Shown here: positions 19,084-29,467 of the stretch, piece after piece
How positions within the stretch are numbered: position 1 is the stretch's first letter
Layout of the letters: each line of letters opens with the position of its first letter
Assembly (NCBI GenBank): GCA_963716985.1
Contig: OY970323.1
Coordinates: 96,001-160,000 of the forward strand
Source of the DNA: an uncultured bacterium
GTDB lineage: Bacteria; Chlamydiota; Chlamydiia; Chlamydiales; SM23-39
Direction of reading: 5' to 3'
DNA: 64,000 nucleotides
Translations under genes and position numbers: made by a program
The notes under the pieces: generated by a model
What the model was told of the DNA's origin: nothing
Databases searched by the model: none
Seen by the model: the letters and a program-made list of their open reading frames with translations, nothing else

Positions 19084-19923
19084 ATGAATAGGATTTTTAT
19101 CGCCCTGGGTTCCCAGGAGAAATTCGCAAAGCTTGGTGCCTTCAACGTGACGGTTGATGGCGATGAGGTGGATCTCTACTACAACCTCGACCTCGGCGAT
19201 CATCGTACAAGCATGTTTGATGTCGATAGCGGAACTTACAAGGATTTGGCAAAGGCGCATCGCTCCTTTCACTACTCAGGACGAGGGCACTTCAAAGAAA
19301 CAACGAAACGCGGTACGCGCCCCCTTTTTATTGGTCACATCTCAGATGGAAGTGTATTGAATAGTCCTGATAAGGATCCTTTGATTTTGGGAGTAGAGTC
19401 GTTCTTTTTCGATCTAGCGGCAACTGCGGGTGCAACTGAGTCAAACACGTTATTTTTGCGGCCGCCGAACGGGGTTAAGCAATATTCCGTTCTTTGGCTG
19501 TGGATGCCTGCTGATGCTCTAAAAATAATCCCTCCTCGATGGTTTTATGTGAACCTCTGGCATCCAATAGGTGGTTACGATACTTTTCGCACTGCTGCCA
19601 TTGCAGACATGGCGATTACGCGAGAAACCCAAACAATCCTGACAGTCAATGGATGGGAGGTTAGGGCACTTTTTCTTAAGACATTGCTGCCGGTTATGAT
19701 TCAGGGCGTGATATTGGCTCATCCCCAAGGGAAAGAATGTCCATGGCGAGCTTGGGCTTCCCTAGATGCGCACCTTCCCCTTTCTCAAATGGTGCGCTTT
19801 GAGGCGTTCAAGAAAAAACCACTGATTACTACAGAGCATCACAAAATAGCCGAAGAGGCCAGAACGCCGTCGAATTGGGTAAAAAAGAAGGAGGTTGCAG
19901 ATGGAACGAATTCCACGAACTAA
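19084..19923 (+). CDS. Hypothetical protein between att and integrase
   Basis: Long ORF with AGGAAGG RBS; overlaps the integrase start. Confidence 0.65.
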   Translation: MNRIFIALGSQEKFAKLGAFNVTVDGDEVDLYYNLDLGDHRTSMFDVDSGTYKDLAKAHRSFHYSGRGHFKETTKRGTRPLFIGHISDGSVLNSPDKDPLILGVESFFFDLAATAGATESNTLFLRPPNGVKQYSVLWLWMPADALKIIPPRWFYVNLWHPIGGYDTFRTAAIADMAITRETQTILTVNGWEVRALFLKTLLPVMIQGVILAHPQGKECPWRAWASLDAHLPLSQMVRFEAFKKKPLITTEHHKIAEEARTPSNWVKKKEVADGTNSTN

Positions 19924-21199
19924 CGCCGATGACTACTGCCGGAAACTGGAACCTCGAGATAAGCCGCTCTATATCCATGATTCACAAGTCAAGGGGCTTG
20001 TCTTTCGCATTATGCCTACCGGCTCGAAATCTTGGATATTACGGTATCACTTCAAGGAAGGCGATGAGTGGAAGCAACGCAAGACCGGCCTCGGCCCCTT
20101 TCGCCAAGGGCGCAACGATGTTACCGGCCTCACAGTACCCGCGGCGCGTATCGAGGCTGAGCGGCTCAAAAAGGAAATCAAATACGAAGGTGCCGATCCA
20201 ATCGAAGATCGACGGCAGCGAGCTAATGATCGAGCCCGTGAGCAAGCCGGCAAGGTTCTCGTCAAAGGCCTCTTCGAACGTTGGGCGACTACAGATCTCA
20301 TCAACCGCAAAGATAAGGGCGCTGAGGCTCGCCGCATGATGTTGAAAGACGTTCTCCCCTTCATAGGCGATCTCAATATCAAAGATGTTCGCAAGGGCCA
20401 CATCGCCGAGATCACTGATCGCCTACTTCAACGAGGGGTTAATCGGATGGCTAAGGTCGTTTTCAGTCTCACTCGCCAGATGTTTCGTTTTGCTGTCACT
20501 CGCGATCTTCTCGAATCGGACCCAACAGCATTGCTCAGCAAAAAGAACATCGGTGGAGCGAATGTAGAAAGAGAGCGAGTTCTTGATGAAGATGAAATCA
20601 AGGAGTTGGCCAAGAAACTGCCCGCCGCCAATATGGCAGAAACAGCAACTCTTGCGGTTTGGATAGTCCTTGCCACGTGCTGTCGAATTGGAGAGCTACT
20701 CAAAGCTCGTTGGGATCACGTGGATCTTGAGCGCAAATTTTGGCGAATCCCAGCGCAAAACAGCAAGAATAATAGAGAGCATATTGTTTATTTATCTTCT
20801 TTTGCTGCCTGTCATTTCACCACACTTAAGGAGTTGACGGGCGCTGGAGAATGGTGCTTTCCAGCATGCCGCAAAAGCGACGGCCTCAGTTCCAATACAG
20901 TGACGAAGCAAATCACAGATCGTCAGAGAAACAGTGAGGGGCATAAAAATAGAAGCAAGCAAATTGGAGCGCTCAAGCTTTCCCGAGGAATTTGGAAGCC
21001 ACACGACTTGCGCCGCACAGGAGCCACTCTCATGAATGCCTTGGGCGTTCTTCCTGAGGTCGCCGAGCGATGCTTGAATCATATGGAAGAAAACAAGATA
21101 AAACGGATTTACCAGCGCTATGGCTATGAGGCTGAAATGCGGCAGGCATGGGAAAAGCTCGGTGAACGGTTAAGTCTATTAACCAGAGCGGCGCCATGA
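19901..21199 (+). CDS. int: Tyrosine recombinase, P4-like integrase with arm-binding domain
   Basis: N-terminal GLVFRIMPTGSKSWILRY; catalytic R (CCRIGE), HDLRR, H (CLNH) and Y; AGGAGG RBS. Confidence 0.95.
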   Translation: MERIPRTNADDYCRKLEPRDKPLYIHDSQVKGLVFRIMPTGSKSWILRYHFKEGDEWKQRKTGLGPFRQGRNDVTGLTVPAARIEAERLKKEIKYEGADPIEDRRQRANDRAREQAGKVLVKGLFERWATTDLINRKDKGAEARRMMLKDVLPFIGDLNIKDVRKGHIAEITDRLLQRGVNRMAKVVFSLTRQMFRFAVTRDLLESDPTALLSKKNIGGANVERERVLDEDEIKELAKKLPAANMAETATLAVWIVLATCCRIGELLKARWDHVDLERKFWRIPAQNSKNNREHIVYLSSFAACHFTTLKELTGAGEWCFPACRKSDGLSSNTVTKQITDRQRNSEGHKNRSKQIGALKLSRGIWKPHDLRRTGATLMNALGVLPEVAERCLNHMEENKIKRIYQRYGYEAEMRQAWEKLGERLSLLTRAAP

Positions 21200-21789
21200 C
21201 CAGCACTTTCACAGCAACAACCTCTCCCAGGCTTCTTCAAACTATTCAAAAACACCCCATCGGAAAAGGGGTCAGAGAATTGACCGGGTTTGGCCTAGAA
21301 AACATTCTTAACCACTGTTCCTTAGAAGTACCCGACGAATCTTTATCTGGAGTGGGGTGGATTGTAATCTGGGCCTCCGAAGACCTGGACATCAAACCAG
21401 AGCATGTTTACATCATCCAGGTTTTGCTCAAACTGGCTTGGCTCTATTCCGAGCAGTCAGATTCCCCACTAAAAAGCATGGTTGCGCAAGAACTGACCAT
21501 GTTTGAAGCTGGAATGAAACTGGAAGCGAACAGACGTCAAAAAATTGAAGCAGCCCAAAAAGCGCGTCCATGGCCCGCTCTTGATCAATGGATTAGTAAA
21601 AAGCTTAAACTCAAGACGGAATGGACAAGCGCAAAACTATGGACCGCCTTACCCCTGAGTCATGATGGTGATCTCATTTATCAAGATGGAGGAAAATTGC
21701 ATTGCTCTCAGGGCAATTATAGCTCAATTGGTTATCGTGCATTTTGCGATCATGTCAAGCGACAGCGTGAAAAAAATAAATGCAGATAG
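21196..21789 (+). CDS. Hypothetical protein
   Basis: ATGA overlap with int; 197-aa ORF. Confidence 0.7.
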   Translation: MTSTFTATTSPRLLQTIQKHPIGKGVRELTGFGLENILNHCSLEVPDESLSGVGWIVIWASEDLDIKPEHVYIIQVLLKLAWLYSEQSDSPLKSMVAQELTMFEAGMKLEANRRQKIEAAQKARPWPALDQWISKKLKLKTEWTSAKLWTALPLSHDGDLIYQDGGKLHCSQGNYSSIGYRAFCDHVKRQREKNKCR

Positions 21790-21853
21790 CGACGCTAGCT
21801 GCATCTGCATGTGAGACGCTATGTCACATAGTAACTTCAAATGAGGCTATGTG

Positions 21854-22063
21854 ATGAAAAATATAACAGCTTTCCTAAGAGACACCGAAGCCGCTGTCCG
21901 ATATGGCGTGAGCCGTCCAACCATTTGGCGGTGGACCAGAAACGGCAAATTTCCCAAACCAGTCAAGCTTGGGGCTGGCTCGACTCGCTGGCGTTCCACT
22001 GACCTAGAAGCTTGGGAACAAACCCAAATTGAGAATATCGCTTCTCGCGGCGCAAATTCCTAG
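21854..22063 (+). CDS. alpA: AlpA-family regulator/excisionase
   Basis: YGVSRPTIWRWTRNGKFPKPVKLGAGSTRW. Confidence 0.92.
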   Translation: MKNITAFLRDTEAAVRYGVSRPTIWRWTRNGKFPKPVKLGAGSTRWRSTDLEAWEQTQIENIASRGANS

Positions 22064-22077
22064 CCGGACGACAAGCT

Positions 22078-22968
22078 ATGTCTAAACTTCCATACGTCTT
22101 TCTTGCTCTACCGCATGAGTTTTTGACAGAGGATTTTTTAAAAGATCCCGCCATGATGCGCTTTGTTGTATGGATGTTCAAACGTATCTCTCCCAGCCCT
22201 TCGTTGGTTCCCTTGAAGGGGATGAGCAAGCAACTGCTTCTCGATCCATTTGAATTCATGTTTGGTAGAGAAACCTGCGCTTCGGCCGCGGGCATCTCTC
22301 TCAAAAACGCGCGTACAAGGCTAGAACAGCTAATCGGCCTTGGATACATCAAGAAAGTGGCCGGCAAAGGGGCCAGCACTTATTCGGTTTATTGCCTTGA
22401 GACAAGGGCGCTTCGACAGAGTGTTAACGGCCAGCAAAACGAACAGCAACTCGAACAGCAGATAGGCCAGCGAACTGGCCACAATCTAGAAGCGCAGATC
22501 CCAGATCTTAAAATTATAAAAGAGACGCCTAACGGCATCTCGAAAACAGTCGATAGGTCGCCTTTTTCAGACAAACAGAAAATGGATCTTCAGGGATTGC
22601 TTGCATATTGCCAAGGTAAGGGGCTTCGGATTTCAGAACGCGCCTTGAGAAGGTGGCTTCGTCTCTATGAATCGGGGCGTATAACGGACCATCTCTCATT
22701 GTTGCTAAAGGGGATCGATGGAATTAAAAAACCTGAGGCCTGGATGGAGGTAGCTTTGAAAGAAAATTATTCTAGTCAGAATAGCAACATCAAAGAGAAT
22801 CGGCTTTTTACAGAGGGCTTTGTGCGAAGCCATAACTGGACTGATATGAAAATAACGCAATCCTATTGCACCCACCTGCCTTCCAGCAAAGATTACTCGT
22901 TTAAATTGCCTCCAGAAGGTTTTCGAGGAATGTTGGTCGATTGCTACGAGCAGTACCGCCAAAATTAG
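22078..22968 (+). CDS. Phage-type replication initiator (wHTH, replisome organiser-like)
   Basis: Follows alpA; wHTH-like segment FGRETCASAAGISLKNARTRLEQLIGLGYI; internal 12-bp period repeats. Confidence 0.7.
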   Translation: MSKLPYVFLALPHEFLTEDFLKDPAMMRFVVWMFKRISPSPSLVPLKGMSKQLLLDPFEFMFGRETCASAAGISLKNARTRLEQLIGLGYIKKVAGKGASTYSVYCLETRALRQSVNGQQNEQQLEQQIGQRTGHNLEAQIPDLKIIKETPNGISKTVDRSPFSDKQKMDLQGLLAYCQGKGLRISERALRRWLRLYESGRITDHLSLLLKGIDGIKKPEAWMEVALKENYSSQNSNIKENRLFTEGFVRSHNWTDMKITQSYCTHLPSSKDYSFKLPPEGFRGMLVDCYEQYRQN

Positions 22969-22978
22969 GAAAGGAAGC

Positions 22979-23461
22979 ATGGAAGCAAAGATTCAGTCTC
23001 CTGAAAATTCAGGAAAAATACAGGTGAAGGGAAAATATAAGAAGGGATGCTCAGGCAATCCGAATGGGAAGCCAAAAGGCGCTCGAAATAAATCTACTCT
23101 GGCAGCAGAGGCTCTTTTAGAAGGTTCTTTAGACAAAATATGCAAGAAAGTCGAAGAGGAGGCTTTGAACGGCAACATGCAGGCTGCGAAAATGATCTTG
23201 GAGAGATTTTTGCCGCCACGAAAAGATCGATGCATCGAAATCGCCCTCCCCTCGATAGATACCTTCAAGGATGTGCTCAATGCCGTTGGATTTATCGTCA
23301 ATGCAGTAGGAAATGGCAAGATCACTCCTTCTGAGGGAGAATTGCTCGCAAAAACGGTAGAAAGTTATTCAAAGGCTTTGGAAGCTTACCAATTCGAATC
23401 CAGGCTGAAGAACTTAGAAGAAAATCTAAACGAGAGGGGTAAACATGAAGCCAGCAAATAG
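22979..23461 (+). CDS. DUF5681 domain protein (terminase small subunit-like)
   Basis: KKGCSGNPNGKPKGARNK motif. Confidence 0.78.
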   Translation: MEAKIQSPENSGKIQVKGKYKKGCSGNPNGKPKGARNKSTLAAEALLEGSLDKICKKVEEEALNGNMQAAKMILERFLPPRKDRCIEIALPSIDTFKDVLNAVGFIVNAVGNGKITPSEGELLAKTVESYSKALEAYQFESRLKNLEENLNERGKHEASK

Positions 23462-23666
23462 AAAACGGGTGGAGGAGCTAGAAAAGGCTTGTAAACCAGG
23501 GAGGGGGAAACCCTCTTATGCCTTGGTCATATACAGCCCCGAAATATCAGATCAAATTTCTGGACTTGATGTAGATGCTGATTTTGTAGTGGCTTTGCCT
23601 GATAATGGAAGAGGCGATCTCGGCGAAGAGATACCCAAAGGAGAGTACAGGGTGTTTTTTGGCTAA
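23445..23666 (+). CDS. Small conserved hypothetical protein of the element core
   Basis: Paralogue of 2811-3032. Confidence 0.7.
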   Translation: MKPANRKRVEELEKACKPGRGKPSYALVIYSPEISDQISGLDVDADFVVALPDNGRGDLGEEIPKGEYRVFFG

Positions 23667-23728
23667 GTTGTTTAAAATCTTTTTTCTGAATATGCTTTGT
23701 TGCATTTTATGAATTCTCGAGAGGGCGT

Positions 23729-24616
23729 GTGGAAAAAAATGATGATAATAGCCTGATTCCTAGCAAACTGTCATTTGAAGATTTAAAAAAGATCAATCAG
23801 CATGGGATTGAGTATTGGAGTGCCAGGAGTTTACAGCCGTGCCTCGGATACTCTCAATGGAGGCGGTTCGAGAACGCTATCCAAAAGGCCATAGAGTCTT
23901 GCAAGCAATCTGGAAATGACCCAGACCATCACTTTGCCGGCGCCGGCAAACAGATCAATCTTGGAAAAGGGGCTACTCAAATTGTTGAAGATTACCATCT
24001 TTCGCGTTTTGCTTGCTATCTTATCGCCCAAAATGGAGACGCTAGAAAACCAGAAATTGCCCATGCGCAGAAGTATTTCGCGATTCAAACTCGTCGCCAA
24101 GAACTTACCGATGCCGCCCTCGCTGATTTTGAGCGCTTAGAGTTGCGGAAACAAACTTCCCAGGATTTCAAAGCTCTCTCTGGAGCAGCTCGCGATGCTG
24201 GTGTCCAAAATAAAATGTTCGGGATCTTCCATGATGCAGGGTACAAAGGACTTTACGGAGGGCTTGGATCGGATGCAATCAAAGCCCGTAAAGGAATTGA
24301 TCCTAAGGAACAGCTGATGGACCGGATGGATAGAACCGAGCTGGCGGCTAATCAGTTTCGGATGACTCAAACACGAGAAAAGCTCAAACGGGAAGGCATC
24401 AGGAATCAAAGAGATGCTATCGAGGCTCACGAAGCAGTTGGAAAAGAAGTTCGGGCTGCTATTGCTAAAATCGGCGGTACAGCTCCAGAAAACATTCCTC
24501 CTGCTGAACACATCAAAAAAGTAGAAAAACGTTTAAAAAAAATTAAGCCAAAGTTGCTTCTTGATGAGAAGGATTCGGGATTGCAGCGACAAAATTCTCT
24601 CGAAAATCCTGAGTGA
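23729..24616 (+). CDS. dinD: DNA-damage-inducible protein D (DinD, Bro-N-related)
   Basis: EYWSARSL, DYHLSRFACYLIAQNGD, AQKYFAIQTRRQE and ELAANQFRMTQ motifs. Confidence 0.9.
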   Translation: MEKNDDNSLIPSKLSFEDLKKINQHGIEYWSARSLQPCLGYSQWRRFENAIQKAIESCKQSGNDPDHHFAGAGKQINLGKGATQIVEDYHLSRFACYLIAQNGDARKPEIAHAQKYFAIQTRRQELTDAALADFERLELRKQTSQDFKALSGAARDAGVQNKMFGIFHDAGYKGLYGGLGSDAIKARKGIDPKEQLMDRMDRTELAANQFRMTQTREKLKREGIRNQRDAIEAHEAVGKEVRAAIAKIGGTAPENIPPAEHIKKVEKRLKKIKPKLLLDEKDSGLQRQNSLENPE

Positions 24617-24667
24617 CTCTATTCGTGATTAGAGCTTTATGTAAGCTATGCAATTTTTTAATACATA

Positions 24668-25432
24668 GTGTTGCACAGTAAATTGCATAGTATTTTTGAT
24701 AAAACAAGGTTGATAATGTGTCAGATAGAGATGAACTCTTCTTGGTTAGATCAGTGGTGGAAATTTTGGCCGATGTGGGCTCCCCTTCTTGCTGCTTGGT
24801 GGAATCTGAGAATGGAGATTAAGGCCAATAGAAAAGCATCATTAGAAATGTTTAATCTTCAGGAGAGAAAAAATGACGCCCGAACCAATATTCCTGTAGT
24901 GATTGAGATATTGGACGATCTGGCGGATTTACAGCAAGCATTCATATTTCGAGGTCGATTCATCCCTGGTCTAGAGCATCGATGTCCAGATATTCAATTT
25001 AAAGACGGTGGAACCGAGGGGCAAATATCTGTCGCAGAAAGAACCCATCAGTTGCGTTTGATTGCGCGGAGAATGCTTACCAATTGCCGGAAGGTCATTT
25101 TTCTAATGCCAAAGAATGTTATGCCGGAAACGGTTAAGGTGTGTAGGTCTATCAGAGATGCTTGGACTTCAAAAGAACCGGGAAAGAAATATGCCTACGA
25201 AGTTAAGATAAACGCAATTGGATCTTTATTGCAGAATGACTGCGATCATTCGGGATTATCCATGGATGCCCAGCAACAATTCCATCAGTCGCGCCAAAAA
25301 ATCTGCGACACTGACGAAAAGTCATGCGATGCGATTGCTGCGGAATTGGGAATATTTCACTCCGATCTAGAAGCTCGCGTAGAAGAAGAGTTTCCTACTT
25401 ATGCGTGTGAAAGCCCTGGGGGAAAATCTTGA
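24668..25432 (+). CDS. Hypothetical protein with W-rich hydrophobic N-terminus (start uncertain)
   Basis: 254-codon ORF; WWKFWPMWAPLLAAWW segment. Confidence 0.6.
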   Translation: MLHSKLHSIFDKTRLIMCQIEMNSSWLDQWWKFWPMWAPLLAAWWNLRMEIKANRKASLEMFNLQERKNDARTNIPVVIEILDDLADLQQAFIFRGRFIPGLEHRCPDIQFKDGGTEGQISVAERTHQLRLIARRMLTNCRKVIFLMPKNVMPETVKVCRSIRDAWTSKEPGKKYAYEVKINAIGSLLQNDCDHSGLSMDAQQQFHQSRQKICDTDEKSCDAIAAELGIFHSDLEARVEEEFPTYACESPGGKS

Positions 25433-26172
25433 ACATGTTTGAGTGCCGCTTGTCGGTAACGACAAAAAGGACAGGCATTGTTGGAGGGCGGGCATTGTTC
25501 TCGTTCTAAGCATGCGCGAATTTGCAATAGGGTGGGTTCGATCCAGCTGTCATCGCCTTCGTAAGGAAGAACTGAGATCGAGAATTCAAGCTTGCCGCCA
25601 AATTCTTCTCTAGAATCATCGCCATTACAGTAAACAAAATACCCTGTTTTTACGACTGCAAAGCCTTTGCATCGAAGAAGCCATTGGTAGATTTCCATCT
25701 GGTTTTTATAGGATTTTCGATAGTCTTCATCCAGCGAAATCTCTTTCTTGGTGCTAGTCGCCTTATAATCCACAACAATCAACTCCCCAGTTGGGGTGAT
25801 CCAGAGATCATCAACTGCACCCGTAATGATGAAATTCGTTGGTTCATGCAGATATTGAATACCCTTTAAGTTCATTCGCCAATCGTCAAGCTCGGGGTGT
25901 GAAAACGGGATCGCATCAATCTCATGGTTAATAAGAAGGGGATGGGGTTTTCCTTGTAACCGATAGATATCAAATTCTTTTTTTAAAAGAGTGTCGACGG
26001 CTGTGTTGAGAGTGAACGGGAACCCGGGAGGCTGAGCAGTCCCGCACTTGCGGTCGAGATAGAAACACCGAGGACAGTCAAGAAAATTCTGTATTTTTGA
26101 GCGGCTCAGTTTAAAAGGACGCGACTCTTCTGAGGAAAATAAATTTCTAGATCGATTTGGATTGTAATTCAT
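25399..26172 (-). CDS. PD-(D/E)XK nuclease (Cas4/AddB-like)
   Basis: Clear paralogue of 5774-6541 with the same motifs. Confidence 0.85.
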   Translation of the reverse strand: MNYNPNRSRNLFSSEESRPFKLSRSKIQNFLDCPRCFYLDRKCGTAQPPGFPFTLNTAVDTLLKKEFDIYRLQGKPHPLLINHEIDAIPFSHPELDDWRMNLKGIQYLHEPTNFIITGAVDDLWITPTGELIVVDYKATSTKKEISLDEDYRKSYKNQMEIYQWLLRCKGFAVVKTGYFVYCNGDDSREEFGGKLEFSISVLPYEGDDSWIEPTLLQIRACLEREQCPPSNNACPFCRYRQAALKHVQDFPPGLSHA

Positions 26173-26384
26173 AATAAAAAACTAACTACCGGTTCAAATA
26201 ATCATTCGGTCTGTTTTAATAGCGACGACTAATGTAGCATATATCAATATATTGGCAAAACAACAAAAACAAACTAATCTTGAAGAAAAAAATATGGATC
26301 TTGATTAGCAATTTTAAAGGGATTATTGATCGAAAAAAGGAACTGCTTTCGGCAGATTAATTTGTTAAAGGAGATATTCGGCCC

Positions 26385-28133
26385 ATGAATCAACCAACAC
26401 TCTCATCTCTTATTTGGGCTATTGCCGATTTATTGCGTGGAGATTACAAGCAGTCCGATTATGGCAAAGTGATTCTCCCCTTCACTATGTTGCGTCGCTT
26501 GGATTGTGTGTTAGCCCCGACTAAAGACACTCTATTGGCCGAATTTTCAAGGCTACAGAAAAGCGGAGTGGATCCTGAATTGTTTTTGCAACGCAAATCC
26601 GGCCACAAATTTTACAACACGTCCCCCTTGGACATGAAAAAGCTCATGGATGACCAAGACCACATCAAAGAGAACCTCTTTAATTACATTCAGAATTTTT
26701 CAGCTTCTATACGGGACATCTTTGAGCGATTTGAATTTGCAACCCAAATCGAGCGTCTTCAGAAATGTGGCTTGTTGTACCGCGTAACCGAACAATTTTC
26801 CAAATTCAATCTGCATCCCGATGCGCTGGACAATGCGCAGATGGGGCTTGTTTTTGAGGAACTTCTTCGCAAATTTGCCGAACTTTCAAATGAGACTGCC
26901 GGAGAGCACTTTACTCCCCGTGAAGTAATCAAGCTAATGGTCAACCTGCTTTTCATCGAAGACAATGAGATCTTGACCAAGCCCGGCGTAGTGCGAACCA
27001 TTTACGATCCGACCGCGGGAACGGGCGGAATGTTGTCAGTGGCCAGCGAGCATTTGAGGGGGCTTAATCCCCAGGCCAGCCTTACGGTGTTCGGGCAGGA
27101 ACTCAACCCTGAATCCTACGCCATCTGCAAAGCCGACATGCTCATCAAGGGTCAGGACGTCGCTAACATCATTTGTGGCAACACCCTTTCCGAAGACGGC
27201 CACCTCGACAAAAAATTCGACTACATGCTTGCGAATCCCCCATTTGGCGTCGAATGGAAAAAAGTCGAAAAAGAGGTTCGCAATGAACAGGAGACGCAAG
27301 GGTATAACGGGCGTTTCGGCCCCGGTCTGCCGCGAGTCAGCGATGGCTCACTCTTGTTCTTACTGCATCTTATTTCGAAAATGCGACCAGCAAAAGACGG
27401 GGGTAGCAGACTGGGCATCGTTCTTAACGGCTCACCGCTTTTCACGGGAGGGGCAGGGTCGGGCGAGAGCGAAATCCGCCGCTACGTGCTCGAGAATGAT
27501 TTGGTAGAGGCCATTATTGCTCTGCCTACCGATATGTTTTATAACACGGGTATTTCCACTTACGTCTGGATTCTCTCTAACCGCAAGCCAGAACACCGCA
27601 AAGGCAAGGTACAACTGATCGATGCAGGAAACTTTTGGCAAAAGATGAGAAAGAGCCTGGGCAGCAAGCGCAAAGAAATGAATGACGAGCAAATCGAAGA
27701 GATCACACGGCTCTTCGGTGGTTTTGAGGAAGCTGAACGAGATGGCGCGCTAATTAGCAAAATTTTCCGAAATGAGGATTTTGGATATAGGACCATTACT
27801 GTTGAAAGGCCACTACGCGATGAAGCCGGACAAATTGTAATGGGGGTCAAGGGCAAGCAGAAAGGCAAGCCGCAAGCCGACAATAATCTGCGCGACACCG
27901 AGAATGTGCCTTTGGACGAGAATGTGGAAGCCTATTTCAAGAGGGAGGTTCTTACTCACGCAGCGGATGCCTGGATTGACCATGAGAAAACTAAGGTTGG
28001 CTATGAGATTTCATTCAATCGCTATTTCTACGTATTTAAGCCGCCCCGCCAATTAGGTGAGATCGATGCCGAGCTAAAGGATGTTACTAACCGCATTCTA
28101 GTCATGCTCAAAGAAACAGGAGTATCGGCGTGA
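26385..28133 (+). CDS. hsdM: Type I RM N6-adenine methyltransferase
   Basis: GEHFTPREV, YDPTAGTGGML and NPPF motifs. Confidence 0.95.
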   Translation: MNQPTLSSLIWAIADLLRGDYKQSDYGKVILPFTMLRRLDCVLAPTKDTLLAEFSRLQKSGVDPELFLQRKSGHKFYNTSPLDMKKLMDDQDHIKENLFNYIQNFSASIRDIFERFEFATQIERLQKCGLLYRVTEQFSKFNLHPDALDNAQMGLVFEELLRKFAELSNETAGEHFTPREVIKLMVNLLFIEDNEILTKPGVVRTIYDPTAGTGGMLSVASEHLRGLNPQASLTVFGQELNPESYAICKADMLIKGQDVANIICGNTLSEDGHLDKKFDYMLANPPFGVEWKKVEKEVRNEQETQGYNGRFGPGLPRVSDGSLLFLLHLISKMRPAKDGGSRLGIVLNGSPLFTGGAGSGESEIRRYVLENDLVEAIIALPTDMFYNTGISTYVWILSNRKPEHRKGKVQLIDAGNFWQKMRKSLGSKRKEMNDEQIEEITRLFGGFEEAERDGALISKIFRNEDFGYRTITVERPLRDEAGQIVMGVKGKQKGKPQADNNLRDTENVPLDENVEAYFKREVLTHAADAWIDHEKTKVGYEISFNRYFYVFKPPRQLGEIDAELKDVTNRILVMLKETGVSA

Positions 28134-29467
28134 GTTTTCAGCACTATGAGAAGTATACGGGCAGCGGAATGTGGTTGGGAGAAATTCCCGAACATTGGGA
28201 TATTTCCAAAAGCAAGTTGATTTATCGCGAGGTAACGGATCTTTCAACTACGGGCAGCGAGGATCTTTTATCCGTCTCAGAATATTACGGAGTAAAGAGA
28301 CGAACTGAAGTTATGGAGAATGACGATCATATTTCTCGCGCCGAATCACTTGAAGGATATAAAAAATGCAATGCTAATGACTTAGTAATTAACATTATGC
28401 TTGCGTGGAAGCGTGGATTGGGTGTTAGCGACTTTAATGGTATCGTTAGCCCTGCTTATTGCGTGTTTCGTCCTATTAATGAAAATTTTATCAACCCCAA
28501 ATATTTTCATTATTTACTTCGTACGGACCTCTATACCGGTTTTTTTAAGAGTCGATCCACAGGTGTCATTGATTCAAGGTTGCGCCTTTACCCCGACGTT
28601 TTCGGATCAATCGAGATCATATTTCCACCCAAGCCGGAGCAGGATAACATCGTATGTTTTCTTGACCGCGAAATCGCCAAAATCGATGATCTCATCATTC
28701 AGCAGCAGCAACTCATCGAACTTCTGAAAGAAAAGCGCCAAGCCATCATTTCGCACGCCGTTACCAGAGGGCTGAATCAATATGCCCCGATGAAAGAAAG
28801 CGGAGTGGAATGGCTAGGTGTAGTGCCAGAGCATTGGGCACTCTCAATACTGGGCTTTGAATCATGGGTACGAGCTCGCTTGGGATGGAAAGGATTAAAG
28901 GCCGAAGAGTATGTCGATAATGGATTCATTTTCCTAGCCACACCAAATATCAAAGGAATCGACATCGACTTTGAAAATGTCAACTACATAAACGAGCAGC
29001 GTTATGAAGAATCTCCTGAAATTAAACTACGTGAAGGTGACGTATTATTGGCAAAAGATGGCTCCACATTAGGGATAGTAAACGTCATTCGTCGCTTAGA
29101 CCGGCCCTCTACTGTGAATAGCTCGATTGCAGTTATCACCCCACACCAAAACCTACACGGAATATTTCTTTATTACCTATTCCAGAGTAGCTTTATGAAA
29201 AATATCATTGAAATAACTAAGGGAGGAATGGGAGTCCCTCATCTCTTTCAAGAAGATATAAATAAATTCCGTATTCCTATGCCCCCATTTCATGAGCAAG
29301 TCTCCATCGCCACTCACCTCGATCGCCAGACCGCCAAGATCGACGCGCTCACCGATGCCGCTTGCAATGCAATCACCCTGCTTCAAGAACGACGAACCAC
29401 TCTCATCTCTTCTGCCGTCACAGGCAAGATCGACGTGCGCGGAATCACTCAACAGGAAGTCTCATGA
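28130..29467 (+). CDS. hsdS: Type I RM specificity subunit
   Basis: WLGEIPEHW, PPKPEQ, MKESGVEWLG and ISSAVTGKIDV conserved regions. Confidence 0.95.
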   Translation: MSFQHYEKYTGSGMWLGEIPEHWDISKSKLIYREVTDLSTTGSEDLLSVSEYYGVKRRTEVMENDDHISRAESLEGYKKCNANDLVINIMLAWKRGLGVSDFNGIVSPAYCVFRPINENFINPKYFHYLLRTDLYTGFFKSRSTGVIDSRLRLYPDVFGSIEIIFPPKPEQDNIVCFLDREIAKIDDLIIQQQQLIELLKEKRQAIISHAVTRGLNQYAPMKESGVEWLGVVPEHWALSILGFESWVRARLGWKGLKAEEYVDNGFIFLATPNIKGIDIDFENVNYINEQRYEESPEIKLREGDVLLAKDGSTLGIVNVIRRLDRPSTVNSSIAVITPHQNLHGIFLYYLFQSSFMKNIIEITKGGMGVPHLFQEDINKFRIPMPPFHEQVSIATHLDRQTAKIDALTDAACNAITLLQERRTTLISSAVTGKIDVRGITQQEVS

